Shown here one piece after another: positions 47,854-56,464 of a stretch of 64,000 nt of DNA. The notes under the pieces were generated by a model. The model made no database searches. It had not been told where the DNA came from and saw only the letters and a list, made by a program, of their open reading frames with translations. Position 1 is the first letter of the stretch; each line of letters starts with the position of its first letter. The position numbers were made by a program, and so were the translations under genes. Source of the stretch: a bacterium (GTDB lineage: Bacteria; Patescibacteriota; Minisyncoccia; Phycocordibacterales; Zambryskibacteraceae); the NCBI GenBank assembly GCA_023266935.1, contig JAHFOF010000001.1, positions 27 through 64,026 of the forward strand, given 5' to 3'.

Positions 47854-48755
47854 ACCCTGAGGAAAATTCCCCTTTAAAACAAATCCGCACCTTCCAAGGA
47901 GATGTGGCTGAAGCCTTGAAAAATCAAGGTGAATCGGTCATGTCTATTCGCCGAGCTGAATTAACCAAGCAAGGCGGTGGAAACGAATTCGCACCACAAC
48001 CAACTCCTCAAGAAGAGTTGGAGAAAAAATCTAGAGAAAAAATAATTCTTCTTATTGTTGGAACATTTATTCTCATTGCCCTTGGTGGAGTAGGGATGTG
48101 GTATGCCTATAGTGGTTATAAAGAAAAAACTGCCCTTCCTACAGTCATAGTTATTCCAAATAAATTTATTTCAACCGAAACTTCTTCAGAAATAAATGTC
48201 TCTGGACTCGCTCGAGAAACTTTTTTCTCTGCTTTTAATTTAGAGAAAAATACTGAGGTAAAAAATGCAACTTTGAAACAGGTACAACTCATAAAAGATT
48301 ACGCGACGACTACCAGACTAATTAAAACCACAGAATTTTTTGATATTTTGAATACCAAAGCACCTTCGAGTCTTATTCGTGCCCTTAATCCGATGTTTAT
48401 GTTTGGAGTGATAGGAGACACATCGGATGCAAGCTCGACGCCTCATACTTTTATTATTTTTAAATCCGATTCATTTGAAAATACTTATGCAGGCATGCTT
48501 GGTTGGGAGAAAAACATGTCAGAAGATTTGCTTCCACTGTTTGTTTCTGAAGATATCTCTTTGAACTTCCCATCAGATACACCTTTCATAGATTCAACCA
48601 TCCAAAACAAAGATGCTCGAACCTTAAAAGACACAAGCGGGAAGACAGTAATGCTGTATTCTTTCTTCGACAACAACATCCTCATTATCACAGACAACGA
48701 ATCCAGCCTTAGAACTCTGGTAATCAAACTAAATGCAGATAAACTCTCTCGCTAG
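47850..48755 (+). CDS. Hypothetical single-pass membrane protein
   Basis: IRTFQGD N-terminal motif, TM near residues 65-87, YAGMLGWE. Confidence 0.75.
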   Translation: MNPEENSPLKQIRTFQGDVAEALKNQGESVMSIRRAELTKQGGGNEFAPQPTPQEELEKKSREKIILLIVGTFILIALGGVGMWYAYSGYKEKTALPTVIVIPNKFISTETSSEINVSGLARETFFSAFNLEKNTEVKNATLKQVQLIKDYATTTRLIKTTEFFDILNTKAPSSLIRALNPMFMFGVIGDTSDASSTPHTFIIFKSDSFENTYAGMLGWEKNMSEDLLPLFVSEDISLNFPSDTPFIDSTIQNKDARTLKDTSGKTVMLYSFFDNNILIITDNESSLRTLVIKLNADKLSR

Positions 48756-48787
48756 GCGACACCCGAACGTTTTGATACAATACTCGT

Positions 48788-49147
48788 ATGATAAAAGATG
48801 CAAAATATTTCAAAGAAAAACTTCTAGCAGAAAAAGCTACTCTTGAAGAAGATCTGATAGATGTGGCCAGAGAAAATCCTGATCAACCCGGAGATTGGGA
48901 AGCTATTCCAAACGAACATGACACAGCTGCTTTTGAAGAAAATACTGCTGGTGATGCTGTGGACGGATACGAAACCAACAATGCAGTAGTGAACACCCTC
49001 GAACCAAGACTTCGAGATATAAACGCTGCTCTAGAAAGAATCGAGAAGGGAACTTATGGTGCTTGCGAGATTTGCGGAGAAGAAATAGATAAGGACCGAC
49101 TCGAAGCCAACCCAGCTGCCACGACCTGCAAAGATCACATGAAATAA
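48788..49147 (+). CDS. TraR/DksA C4-type zinc finger protein
   Basis: ALERIEKGTYGACEICGEEI..RLEANPAATTC. Confidence 0.9.
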   Translation: MIKDAKYFKEKLLAEKATLEEDLIDVARENPDQPGDWEAIPNEHDTAAFEENTAGDAVDGYETNNAVVNTLEPRLRDINAALERIEKGTYGACEICGEEIDKDRLEANPAATTCKDHMK

Positions 49148-49157
49148 TTTTAACGGG

Positions 49158-50681
49158 ATGAGCTTTTCAAAAGTTTATAGCGCTCAAACCCAACTCCTCT
49201 CAGTCACCCCTATTTCTGTTGAGACAGACATCTCTCGAGGATTATACGCCTTTGCCGTTGTTGGTTTACCTGATAAGGCAGTCGAGGAAGCACGAGACAG
49301 AGTAAGTGCAGCGATTAAAAATTCTGGATTCACTTCTCCTAAGTCTAAAAATCAAAAAATAGTTATTTCCCTTGCCCCAGCGAGCGAGAAAAAAGAGGGT
49401 CCAGCATTCGATGTAGCTATCGCCCTTTCGTATTTACTCGCGTCAGAAGAAATAAATTTTGATCCTGAGAAAAAATTGTTTCTTGGAGAACTTTCACTCG
49501 ATGGCAAACTTCGTTCAGTACGAGGAATTCTCCCCGTAGCCAGATTTGCAAAAAAAACTGGGGTAAAAGAATTGTATGTACCGATTGAAAATGTCGAGGA
49601 AGCATCTTTAATAGAAGGGATAGAAGTATTCGGAGCGGATTCTCTTGTAACTCTCATTAAACATTTAACCAAAGAGAAATTAATTAAAAAATCAGAAACC
49701 ACCAAAATAAATAGAAGGGGAAATAATACACAAGTTGATTTCTCTGATGTCCGTGGACAAGAAAGAGCAAAAAGGGGATTACTCATCGCTGCAGCCGGTG
49801 GTCATAATGTGGCCATGTATGGCCCTCCAGGAACAGGAAAAACGATGTTGGCCAAAGCTTTCGCGGGGATACTGCCCGAATTAACTTTCGATGAAATGCT
49901 CGAGGCTACGTCGATTCACTCTGTAGCCGGCATACTTTCTGAATTCATTACCGAACCTCCGTTTCGTTCTCCGCACCATACTGCATCATATGTCTCGCTC
50001 GTCGGTGGAGGAGCAACTCCGAAGCCTGGAGAAATCACCCTCGCACATAGAGGAGTACTTTTTATGGATGAATTTCCAGAATTCGAACGACGAGTCATAG
50101 AAAGTTTACGCCAACCGCTTGAGGAAAAAACTATTTCGGTCGCCCGAGCAAAGGGTACGGCTCATTTTCCTGCAGATGTTCTCCTGATCGCAGCGATGAA
50201 TCCGTGTCCATGTGGAAATTATGGGTTCAGAGGAAAGCAGTGCATCTGCACCCCAACTTCTCTACAGAGATACAGAAGGAAAATGTCTGGGCCAATCATT
50301 GATCGTATAGATATTTGGCTTGAGGTAGACAGGGTGAACACAAATGATTTGAGTGGAGAAAGTTTAGGAGAAAAAAGTGACTATTTTAAAAGAAAAGTAG
50401 AAAACGCTCGCACCCTACAAAGAATTAGATTTGATAAAAACAAAAAACTTTCAAAAAATTCTGACATGGGTGCACGAGATTTGGTTACGATGGTAAATTT
50501 AGATAATGATGCTCGTTCTGCCTTGAACCTTGCTTCTGAACGACTTGGATTTTCTCCCCGTGTGTATCACCGTATGATTAAGGTCGCTCGCACCATAGCC
50601 GATTTAGATAATTCCAAAGAAGTCACTCGTGACCATATCTTAGAAGCGGTAGAATATAGACCAAAGAAATTCGACGTTTAA
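49158..50681 (+). CDS. comM: YifB/ComM Mg-chelatase-like AAA+ ATPase
   Basis: VGLPDKAVEEARDRV, GPPGTGKT, PFRSPHH, LRQPLE, AMNPCPCG. Confidence 0.93.
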   Translation: MSFSKVYSAQTQLLSVTPISVETDISRGLYAFAVVGLPDKAVEEARDRVSAAIKNSGFTSPKSKNQKIVISLAPASEKKEGPAFDVAIALSYLLASEEINFDPEKKLFLGELSLDGKLRSVRGILPVARFAKKTGVKELYVPIENVEEASLIEGIEVFGADSLVTLIKHLTKEKLIKKSETTKINRRGNNTQVDFSDVRGQERAKRGLLIAAAGGHNVAMYGPPGTGKTMLAKAFAGILPELTFDEMLEATSIHSVAGILSEFITEPPFRSPHHTASYVSLVGGGATPKPGEITLAHRGVLFMDEFPEFERRVIESLRQPLEEKTISVARAKGTAHFPADVLLIAAMNPCPCGNYGFRGKQCICTPTSLQRYRRKMSGPIIDRIDIWLEVDRVNTNDLSGESLGEKSDYFKRKVENARTLQRIRFDKNKKLSKNSDMGARDLVTMVNLDNDARSALNLASERLGFSPRVYHRMIKVARTIADLDNSKEVTRDHILEAVEYRPKKFDV

Positions 50682-51545
50682 CTAGAAAGGATTCTTTGCT
50701 CCACGGATTTCGAAGTGGACATGAGGACCGGTAGATTTACCAGTGTTACCAACAGCACCGATGATTTGGCCTTGTTCAACATGCTGACCAACCCTAACTA
50801 TATCCTTAGACATATGCCCATATACGGTTTGTGTTCCGTTAGTGTGACTGATAACCACATATGTTCCATATCCACCGTTGTATCCACCCACTTTCGAAAC
50901 GATAACTACACCATCCGCCGATGCATAAATAGGTGTGCCCACAGGAGCCGCGAGGTCAACAGCGTTGTATCCATGCAAACCTTGAGATTTATGACCCCCA
51001 TTGATTGGTCTCTGATAATACCCAGCGAATGAAGGAAAATTGTTCACGTTTAACAATAAAGGTTCTTTAGACGACCCAGAGGATGACGGAGAAACGGTAG
51101 CCAATTCTCCATCTGGAACGATAACCACATCCCCGATGTTTAATTTCGTATCAATCGTGATGTCGTTATAAGAAAGAATGTCGTTCGTGTCTGCTTTATA
51201 AAGCTTGGCTATAGATTGGATAGTATCTCCCTTCTTTACTGTATGTTTGATACCAGAAACAGGGAGAATAACGAGCTGATCACCTTCACTTATCACTCCA
51301 CCCCTTAAACTATTCGCCCAAACAATGGTATTCGAAGAAACACTAAACATTTTAGCTATGCTTGCAAGTGTGTCTCCCTTTCTTACAACATAAATACTGA
51401 TTTGACCTGTGCCAGCCTTGCCTGCATCGATAAATGATGTCCCCACGTCTCCCTCAGAAGATATCGCGCTGTCATCCACAATAGCCAACGGAGCACTTGG
51501 GGTAATACTTGGATCAATATTTAAATGAGCCTCAAGGAGAGCCAT
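50682..51545 (-). CDS. LysM (x2) plus M23 peptidase; frame stays open upstream to 51695 with a signal peptide
   Basis: YVVRKGDTL, HTVKKGDTI, HGYNAVDLA, YGHM, STGPHVHFE. Confidence 0.93.
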   Translation of the reverse strand: MALLEAHLNIDPSITPSAPLAIVDDSAISSEGDVGTSFIDAGKAGTGQISIYVVRKGDTLASIAKMFSVSSNTIVWANSLRGGVISEGDQLVILPVSGIKHTVKKGDTIQSIAKLYKADTNDILSYNDITIDTKLNIGDVVIVPDGELATVSPSSSGSSKEPLLLNVNNFPSFAGYYQRPINGGHKSQGLHGYNAVDLAAPVGTPIYASADGVVIVSKVGGYNGGYGTYVVISHTNGTQTVYGHMSKDIVRVGQHVEQGQIIGAVGNTGKSTGPHVHFEIRGAKNPF

Positions 51546-51824
51546 GGTTTGAGAATTTTTGGCCTCAACAACGTCTGGGATTCTCGAAAAAATAGTGTTT
51601 TTGGCTGTAGCAAAAACAGGAACAGCAATTAAAATAGCCCCCAGGAGAGCAATAAAAACACCTTTTGGTCTTATTTTCTTATTAATAAACGAGAGTTAAA
51701 TTTGTATGGTTTCAAACAGTGGCTCTGTATAGCCCTTTTTGGGCTGACCGGATTAATCTGAATTACCCATTCATTATACGCCTACCCCCAAACCCCGCAA
51801 TCGACATATCCCCCATGCTATAGT

Positions 51825-53777
51825 GTGAGAATAATGTTAAATGATAAGCAAAAAGAAGCCATTTCTACAACCGAAGGTCCTCTTTTAATCCTCGCGGGAG
51901 CCGGTGCGGGTAAAACTAAGACTATTGCTGAAAGAATAAAGCATCTTGTTCAAAACGGAGTAGCTCCATCAAAAATTTTGGCTATCACTTTTACCAACAA
52001 AGCTGCTCGAGAAATGAAAGAAAGGGTGGAAAAAATGCTCGATGAGGACAAGGTATTAAACAGACCGGTTTCGATGAATGAAAGACCTTTCGTTTCTACC
52101 TTTCATTCTTTGGGAGTTCACATCATCAAAGAACAATCTTCAAAATTGGGTTTAAGACGACATTTCACTATCTTTGATAGAGACGATAGTAAAAAAGCCA
52201 TAAAGGAAGCTCTTGAAAAGTGCGGACTTGATGTCAAAACTCATGATCCTAATCGTGTCTTATCTATTATCTCTAAAGAAAAAGGACGAGGATTAACTGC
52301 GGAAGATTACGAGAACCGAAGTGAGAGGGGATATTTTTCTGATGTGGTTGAAATGGTTTGGAAAGAATACGAAAAAATTTTAAAACGTGATGGAGCATTG
52401 GACTTTGATGATTTGCTTCTAAAAACCGCCCGATTACTTCGTGCTGATTTAGATGTTCGACATTATTATCAAAAAACTTGGGACTACATTCATGTAGATG
52501 AATATCAAGATACTAGCGGAGTACAGTATGAGATCTGTAAACTTCTCGTTGGGCCAAAAAGAAATTTCTGTGTGGTGGGGGATATAGATCAAAATATTTA
52601 CTCTTGGCGAGGAGCAGACATAAAAAATATTCTTGATTTTGAAAAAGATTATCCTGAAGCCAAAATTATTTTACTCGAAGAAAATTATCGCTCGACCAAA
52701 ACAATTCTTGATGCAGCAAATGTAATAATAGAGAAAAACAAAATTCGCAGAAAGAAAACTTTGTTTACTTCTCAGGGCACTGGAGAAAAGATTGGCATCT
52801 TTCAAGGATTCGACGAATCGGCCGAAGCAGAATTTATCGCCTCTAAGGTTGAACAGATGATAGACGAGGGTGCCGAGCCTAGGGACATCGCCGTTTTATA
52901 CAGAGCCAACTTTCAGTCTCGAGTATTGGAAGAAGCATTTATGGGGCATCGTATTTCATACCAGCTTCTTGGTACGAGATTTTTTGAAAGAAAAGAAATA
53001 AAAGATATTTTATCTTATCTTCGAGCAGGATTAAATCCCGAAAGTCTCTCTGATATAAAAAGAATAATCAATGTTCCCACACGAGGGATCGGTAAAAGTT
53101 CTGTAGCCAAATTATTCTCTGGTGCTGAGGTAGATGTTTCAAACTCCACTCAAGAAAAAATAAAAGATTTTTATAAGTTGCTCAAAAAAATAAAATCCTG
53201 CGCAGAAGAAAAAAATCCGAGTGAAACGATCCAGTTTATTCTTAAAGAATCTGGTCTAGAGGATGAATGGAAAGAAAAGAAGGGAGAAGAATTAGATAGA
53301 CTCGAAAACGCTTATGAATTGATAGCCTTTGCGAAGAGATATGACAGCTTATCTCTTGGCCAGGGGATAGAAGAGCTTCTGTCAGATTCGGCCTTAAATA
53401 GTGACCAGGATGAGTTAAGAGAAGAGAAAAATGCTGTAAGGTTAATGACAGTTCACGCTTCAAAGGGTCTAGAATTTGGTACGATTTTCATCGCCGGCCT
53501 TGAAGATGGTTTGTTCCCTCATCAAAAAATCACAAAAGAAAATATCACCCCGGAAGAAGCCGAGGAAGAAAGAAGGTTGTTCTATGTAGCTCTCACCAGA
53601 GCCAAGAAAAAAATATTTCTCTCGTATGCTCAACTTCGAACTGTTTTCGGCTCGAGACAGGTGAACATTCCTTCAGAATTTATCTTCGATATCCCCGAAG
53701 AATTGACTGAAGAGGAAACATTTGAAGGCGAAGATAGCTGGAAAGAAAAACCATTACTTGATATATCATTTGATTAG
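51825..53777 (+). CDS. pcrA: UvrD/PcrA family DNA helicase
   Basis: AGAGAGKT, VDEYQDT, LEENYRS, MTVHASKGLEF, EERRLFYVALTRA. Confidence 0.93.
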   Translation: MRIMLNDKQKEAISTTEGPLLILAGAGAGKTKTIAERIKHLVQNGVAPSKILAITFTNKAAREMKERVEKMLDEDKVLNRPVSMNERPFVSTFHSLGVHIIKEQSSKLGLRRHFTIFDRDDSKKAIKEALEKCGLDVKTHDPNRVLSIISKEKGRGLTAEDYENRSERGYFSDVVEMVWKEYEKILKRDGALDFDDLLLKTARLLRADLDVRHYYQKTWDYIHVDEYQDTSGVQYEICKLLVGPKRNFCVVGDIDQNIYSWRGADIKNILDFEKDYPEAKIILLEENYRSTKTILDAANVIIEKNKIRRKKTLFTSQGTGEKIGIFQGFDESAEAEFIASKVEQMIDEGAEPRDIAVLYRANFQSRVLEEAFMGHRISYQLLGTRFFERKEIKDILSYLRAGLNPESLSDIKRIINVPTRGIGKSSVAKLFSGAEVDVSNSTQEKIKDFYKLLKKIKSCAEEKNPSETIQFILKESGLEDEWKEKKGEELDRLENAYELIAFAKRYDSLSLGQGIEELLSDSALNSDQDELREEKNAVRLMTVHASKGLEFGTIFIAGLEDGLFPHQKITKENITPEEAEEERRLFYVALTRAKKKIFLSYAQLRTVFGSRQVNIPSEFIFDIPEELTEEETFEGEDSWKEKPLLDISFD

Positions 53778-53801
53778 TTCAACATATTCATTATAAATAA
53801 C

Positions 53802-54602
53802 ATGATGTACGCAAAAAAATCCTTGGGCCAACATTTTCTCACCTCAGAATCTGCGGTGGATGTAATCATTGACGCAGGAGATGTCACAGCAGATGACATT
53901 ATTCTCGAAGTCGGTCCGGGAAAGGGAATGCTAACCAAAAAGCTTTTGTTTTTTGCTAGAAAGATAATCGCTGTAGAAAAAGATGCCCAGCTTGTAGAAA
54001 CATTGAAAGAAAAGTTCAAAAAAGAAATAAAAAACAAGAAATTAATTCTAGTCCATGATGATATTCTTGATTACAAGTTACAAATTAAAAACTATAAACT
54101 AATCGCCAATATTCCTTATAACATCACTGGTGTTTTGATTCGAAAATTTCTTGAAACTAAACATCAACCAGAAATAATGGTTTTGATGCTCCAAAAAGAA
54201 GTAGTAGAAAGGATTGTGGCCAAAAATAAAAAACCATTCGACTCAGCTCATGGCAAGGAAAGTATTTTGTCTATTTCAGTCAAAGCTTACGGTGAGCCCA
54301 AATATGTTCAGATGGTCAAAGCGGGTTCATTTAGCCCGGCACCCAAAGTCGATTCGGCCATTCTTCTAATACAAAATATTTCTAAAAAATTTTTTAAAGA
54401 TTTCCCTGAAAAAGAATTCTTTGGAATATTACACGCAGGATTTAAATCAAAGCGCAAAAAACTTTCTTCAAACTTATCTGTAGTAATAAAAAAAGAAAAA
54501 GTACTCGAGGTTTTTAAAAAATTAAACTTTGACCCAAACCTTCGAGCAGAGGATTTGAGTTTGGAAGGCTGGAGAAAATTATCGGAAGGATTATTCTACT
54601 AA
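53802..54602 (+). CDS. rsmA: 16S rRNA m6,2A dimethyltransferase
   Basis: KKSLGQHFL, EVGPGKG, ANIPYNIT, PAPKVDSA. Confidence 0.96.
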   Translation: MMYAKKSLGQHFLTSESAVDVIIDAGDVTADDIILEVGPGKGMLTKKLLFFARKIIAVEKDAQLVETLKEKFKKEIKNKKLILVHDDILDYKLQIKNYKLIANIPYNITGVLIRKFLETKHQPEIMVLMLQKEVVERIVAKNKKPFDSAHGKESILSISVKAYGEPKYVQMVKAGSFSPAPKVDSAILLIQNISKKFFKDFPEKEFFGILHAGFKSKRKKLSSNLSVVIKKEKVLEVFKKLNFDPNLRAEDLSLEGWRKLSEGLFY

Positions 54603-54961
54603 AGCCCTGTTCCTACTTTTGTCATCAAACCCAAGGATGGAAGCGGGCAACAAGCAGGCCCACAAACAATCCAACACGCCTGAACTCCTGGTATGTAACC
54701 TCCGAGTTCCCAAGTAGAAGGAACCCCTATAGCATATTGGGCGAAAAGAATTGTCGAAAATGGTGAATAAACCAAAGGCCCAGTTATAGGCACATTACTC
54801 AAATAAAGTGGGGTAAAGTAAACCCATAGGGTTCCAGAACAGGTACAAGGTATTGAAAAATTTACAAAACCTCCAAAGGGTGAGCCAGGAACTTGAGCAA
54901 ATGTTGCAATAGGAAAGCCGAGAGTAACTACTGCAAATAATACCAAGATAAATCTTTTCAT
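54599..54961 (-). CDS. Small secreted Cys-rich protein
   Basis: Signal peptide; PFGG..IPCTCSG, CWIVCGPACC. Confidence 0.75.
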   Translation of the reverse strand: MKRFILVLFAVVTLGFPIATFAQVPGSPFGGFVNFSIPCTCSGTLWVYFTPLYLSNVPITGPLVYSPFSTILFAQYAIGVPSTWELGGYIPGVQACWIVCGPACCPLPSLGLMTKVGTGL

Positions 54962-55626
54962 TGTATTTTTATATTAACAGAATAGGCGGTTTTAGAAACA
55001 CCGTGTTCGTTTTGGATAAATATCCAAATAGGTAATGATAATGATGCGGTTTTTTTGGTATTTTTCACTTTTAAATAATCTGATAAATCAGAAACCTTAA
55101 ACGAAAGTTCTGTCCCTGTAGTAGAGATTGCTCCGTTTAGGTTACCCATAGTGGTAATCAGGCCGTTTGTTGAAGTAAATCCTTTGCCTTTTAAAGTAAT
55201 GGTGTCGATGTTGAAAATTGCACTGGTTATTATTGGCTCACTAATCGGATTGGAGGTTATCTTTACAGAAACGGGGATGTTTGGGTTTTCTGAAGATCCT
55301 AGGATATTTGAAACAGAAAGTTTGTATGTGCCTTCGGAAAGCGTATTCGGAACCATGACTTTAAGATTAAAACCGTTTGTGGAAGTGGCTTCCACTTTTA
55401 TACCACCTCCAAATGAAACTGTATTACTTTTTGTACTAAAGCCTGAACCAGAAAGGTTTAAACTGCCTCCGGGTTTAACCTCATAAGGAAAAGCTTGAAA
55501 AAGTACTACTTTATTTGAAAGCATCCCGGGAATAGAGATCGTGTTCTTAGAAGAAGGGAGAGCAAAAGAGGGGATGGAAAGAGGAACAAAGGCAAATATT
55601 AGAAAAGGGAGAATACGAAGTCTCAT
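54958..55626 (-). CDS. Secreted protein with IPT/TIG-like domains
   Basis: Signal peptide; two repeats LNLSGSGFS..NTVSF / ITLKGKGFT..N. Confidence 0.7.
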   Translation of the reverse strand: MRLRILPFLIFAFVPLSIPSFALPSSKNTISIPGMLSNKVVLFQAFPYEVKPGGSLNLSGSGFSTKSNTVSFGGGIKVEATSTNGFNLKVMVPNTLSEGTYKLSVSNILGSSENPNIPVSVKITSNPISEPIITSAIFNIDTITLKGKGFTSTNGLITTMGNLNGAISTTGTELSFKVSDLSDYLKVKNTKKTASLSLPIWIFIQNEHGVSKTAYSVNIKIQ

Positions 55627-55675
55627 AAGCACGATTATACCCTAAATGTTCTTAAAAATCTGATATACTTTATCT

Positions 55676-56464
55676 ATGTCGCGTCTGCAACTCAAACTTG
55701 CGATTCTTATTTCTGTTGTTCTGATCGGTGGAGCAACTGCTAATAGATTAATAAACTCTACTAAGGAGGCATCGAACCTGATAGCTCTAAAAAACACGGG
55801 TTCTGTTCAAAACAACGATACTTCTTTGCAAGACATCTCGCCGGCATATTCCACTTCTACTCCTTCTAGTATAAAAACAGAAACCTTAACCCAAACCGAC
55901 CTCATCGGTCGTCAATTGTTTTCTGATTATTTAAGTTTGTCTTCGAGTGGCCAGGCTACAGACGATAATATCAACGCCTTGGCTGGCTCATACGCAGAAA
56001 ATCTTTCTAACCTTAGTACTATAGCTGACATCTCAACCGACAAAATCACTCCAGAAGAAGACACGGTTGATAATCTTAGCGCTTACGGAGACTCCGTCAT
56101 CGCCATACACACAAAATATCAAAATCTCGCTTCTGCTCTTTCTACCAAAGGTGTCTCCGACATTAAAAGCGTGGCTTTTGTCTCTTTCGCCAATTCGATG
56201 AGTAGTTTGTACAGTCGAGCAGCATCAGAACTTTTGTTATTAAAGGTGCCTGCCTCTTTAGTCGAAAATCATGTGGCTCTTGTAAATAATTATTTATCTA
56301 GTGCCGACGCAGCGAAAACTTTAAGCACAATTTCAAAAGATCCTGCTGGAGCATACTCTGCACTCGTCACTCAACAAAAAAATTCTCAAGAAGAAATAGC
56401 TTTGTTCGAAAATATTCATCGAACTCTTATGTCTAATGGTATAATTACTAACAGCGGAACATGA
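55676..56464 (+). CDS. Membrane-anchored helical hypothetical protein
   Basis: N-terminal TM; first gene of the secretion-like cluster. Confidence 0.7.
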   Translation: MSRLQLKLAILISVVLIGGATANRLINSTKEASNLIALKNTGSVQNNDTSLQDISPAYSTSTPSSIKTETLTQTDLIGRQLFSDYLSLSSSGQATDDNINALAGSYAENLSNLSTIADISTDKITPEEDTVDNLSAYGDSVIAIHTKYQNLASALSTKGVSDIKSVAFVSFANSMSSLYSRAASELLLLKVPASLVENHVALVNNYLSSADAAKTLSTISKDPAGAYSALVTQQKNSQEEIALFENIHRTLMSNGIITNSGT

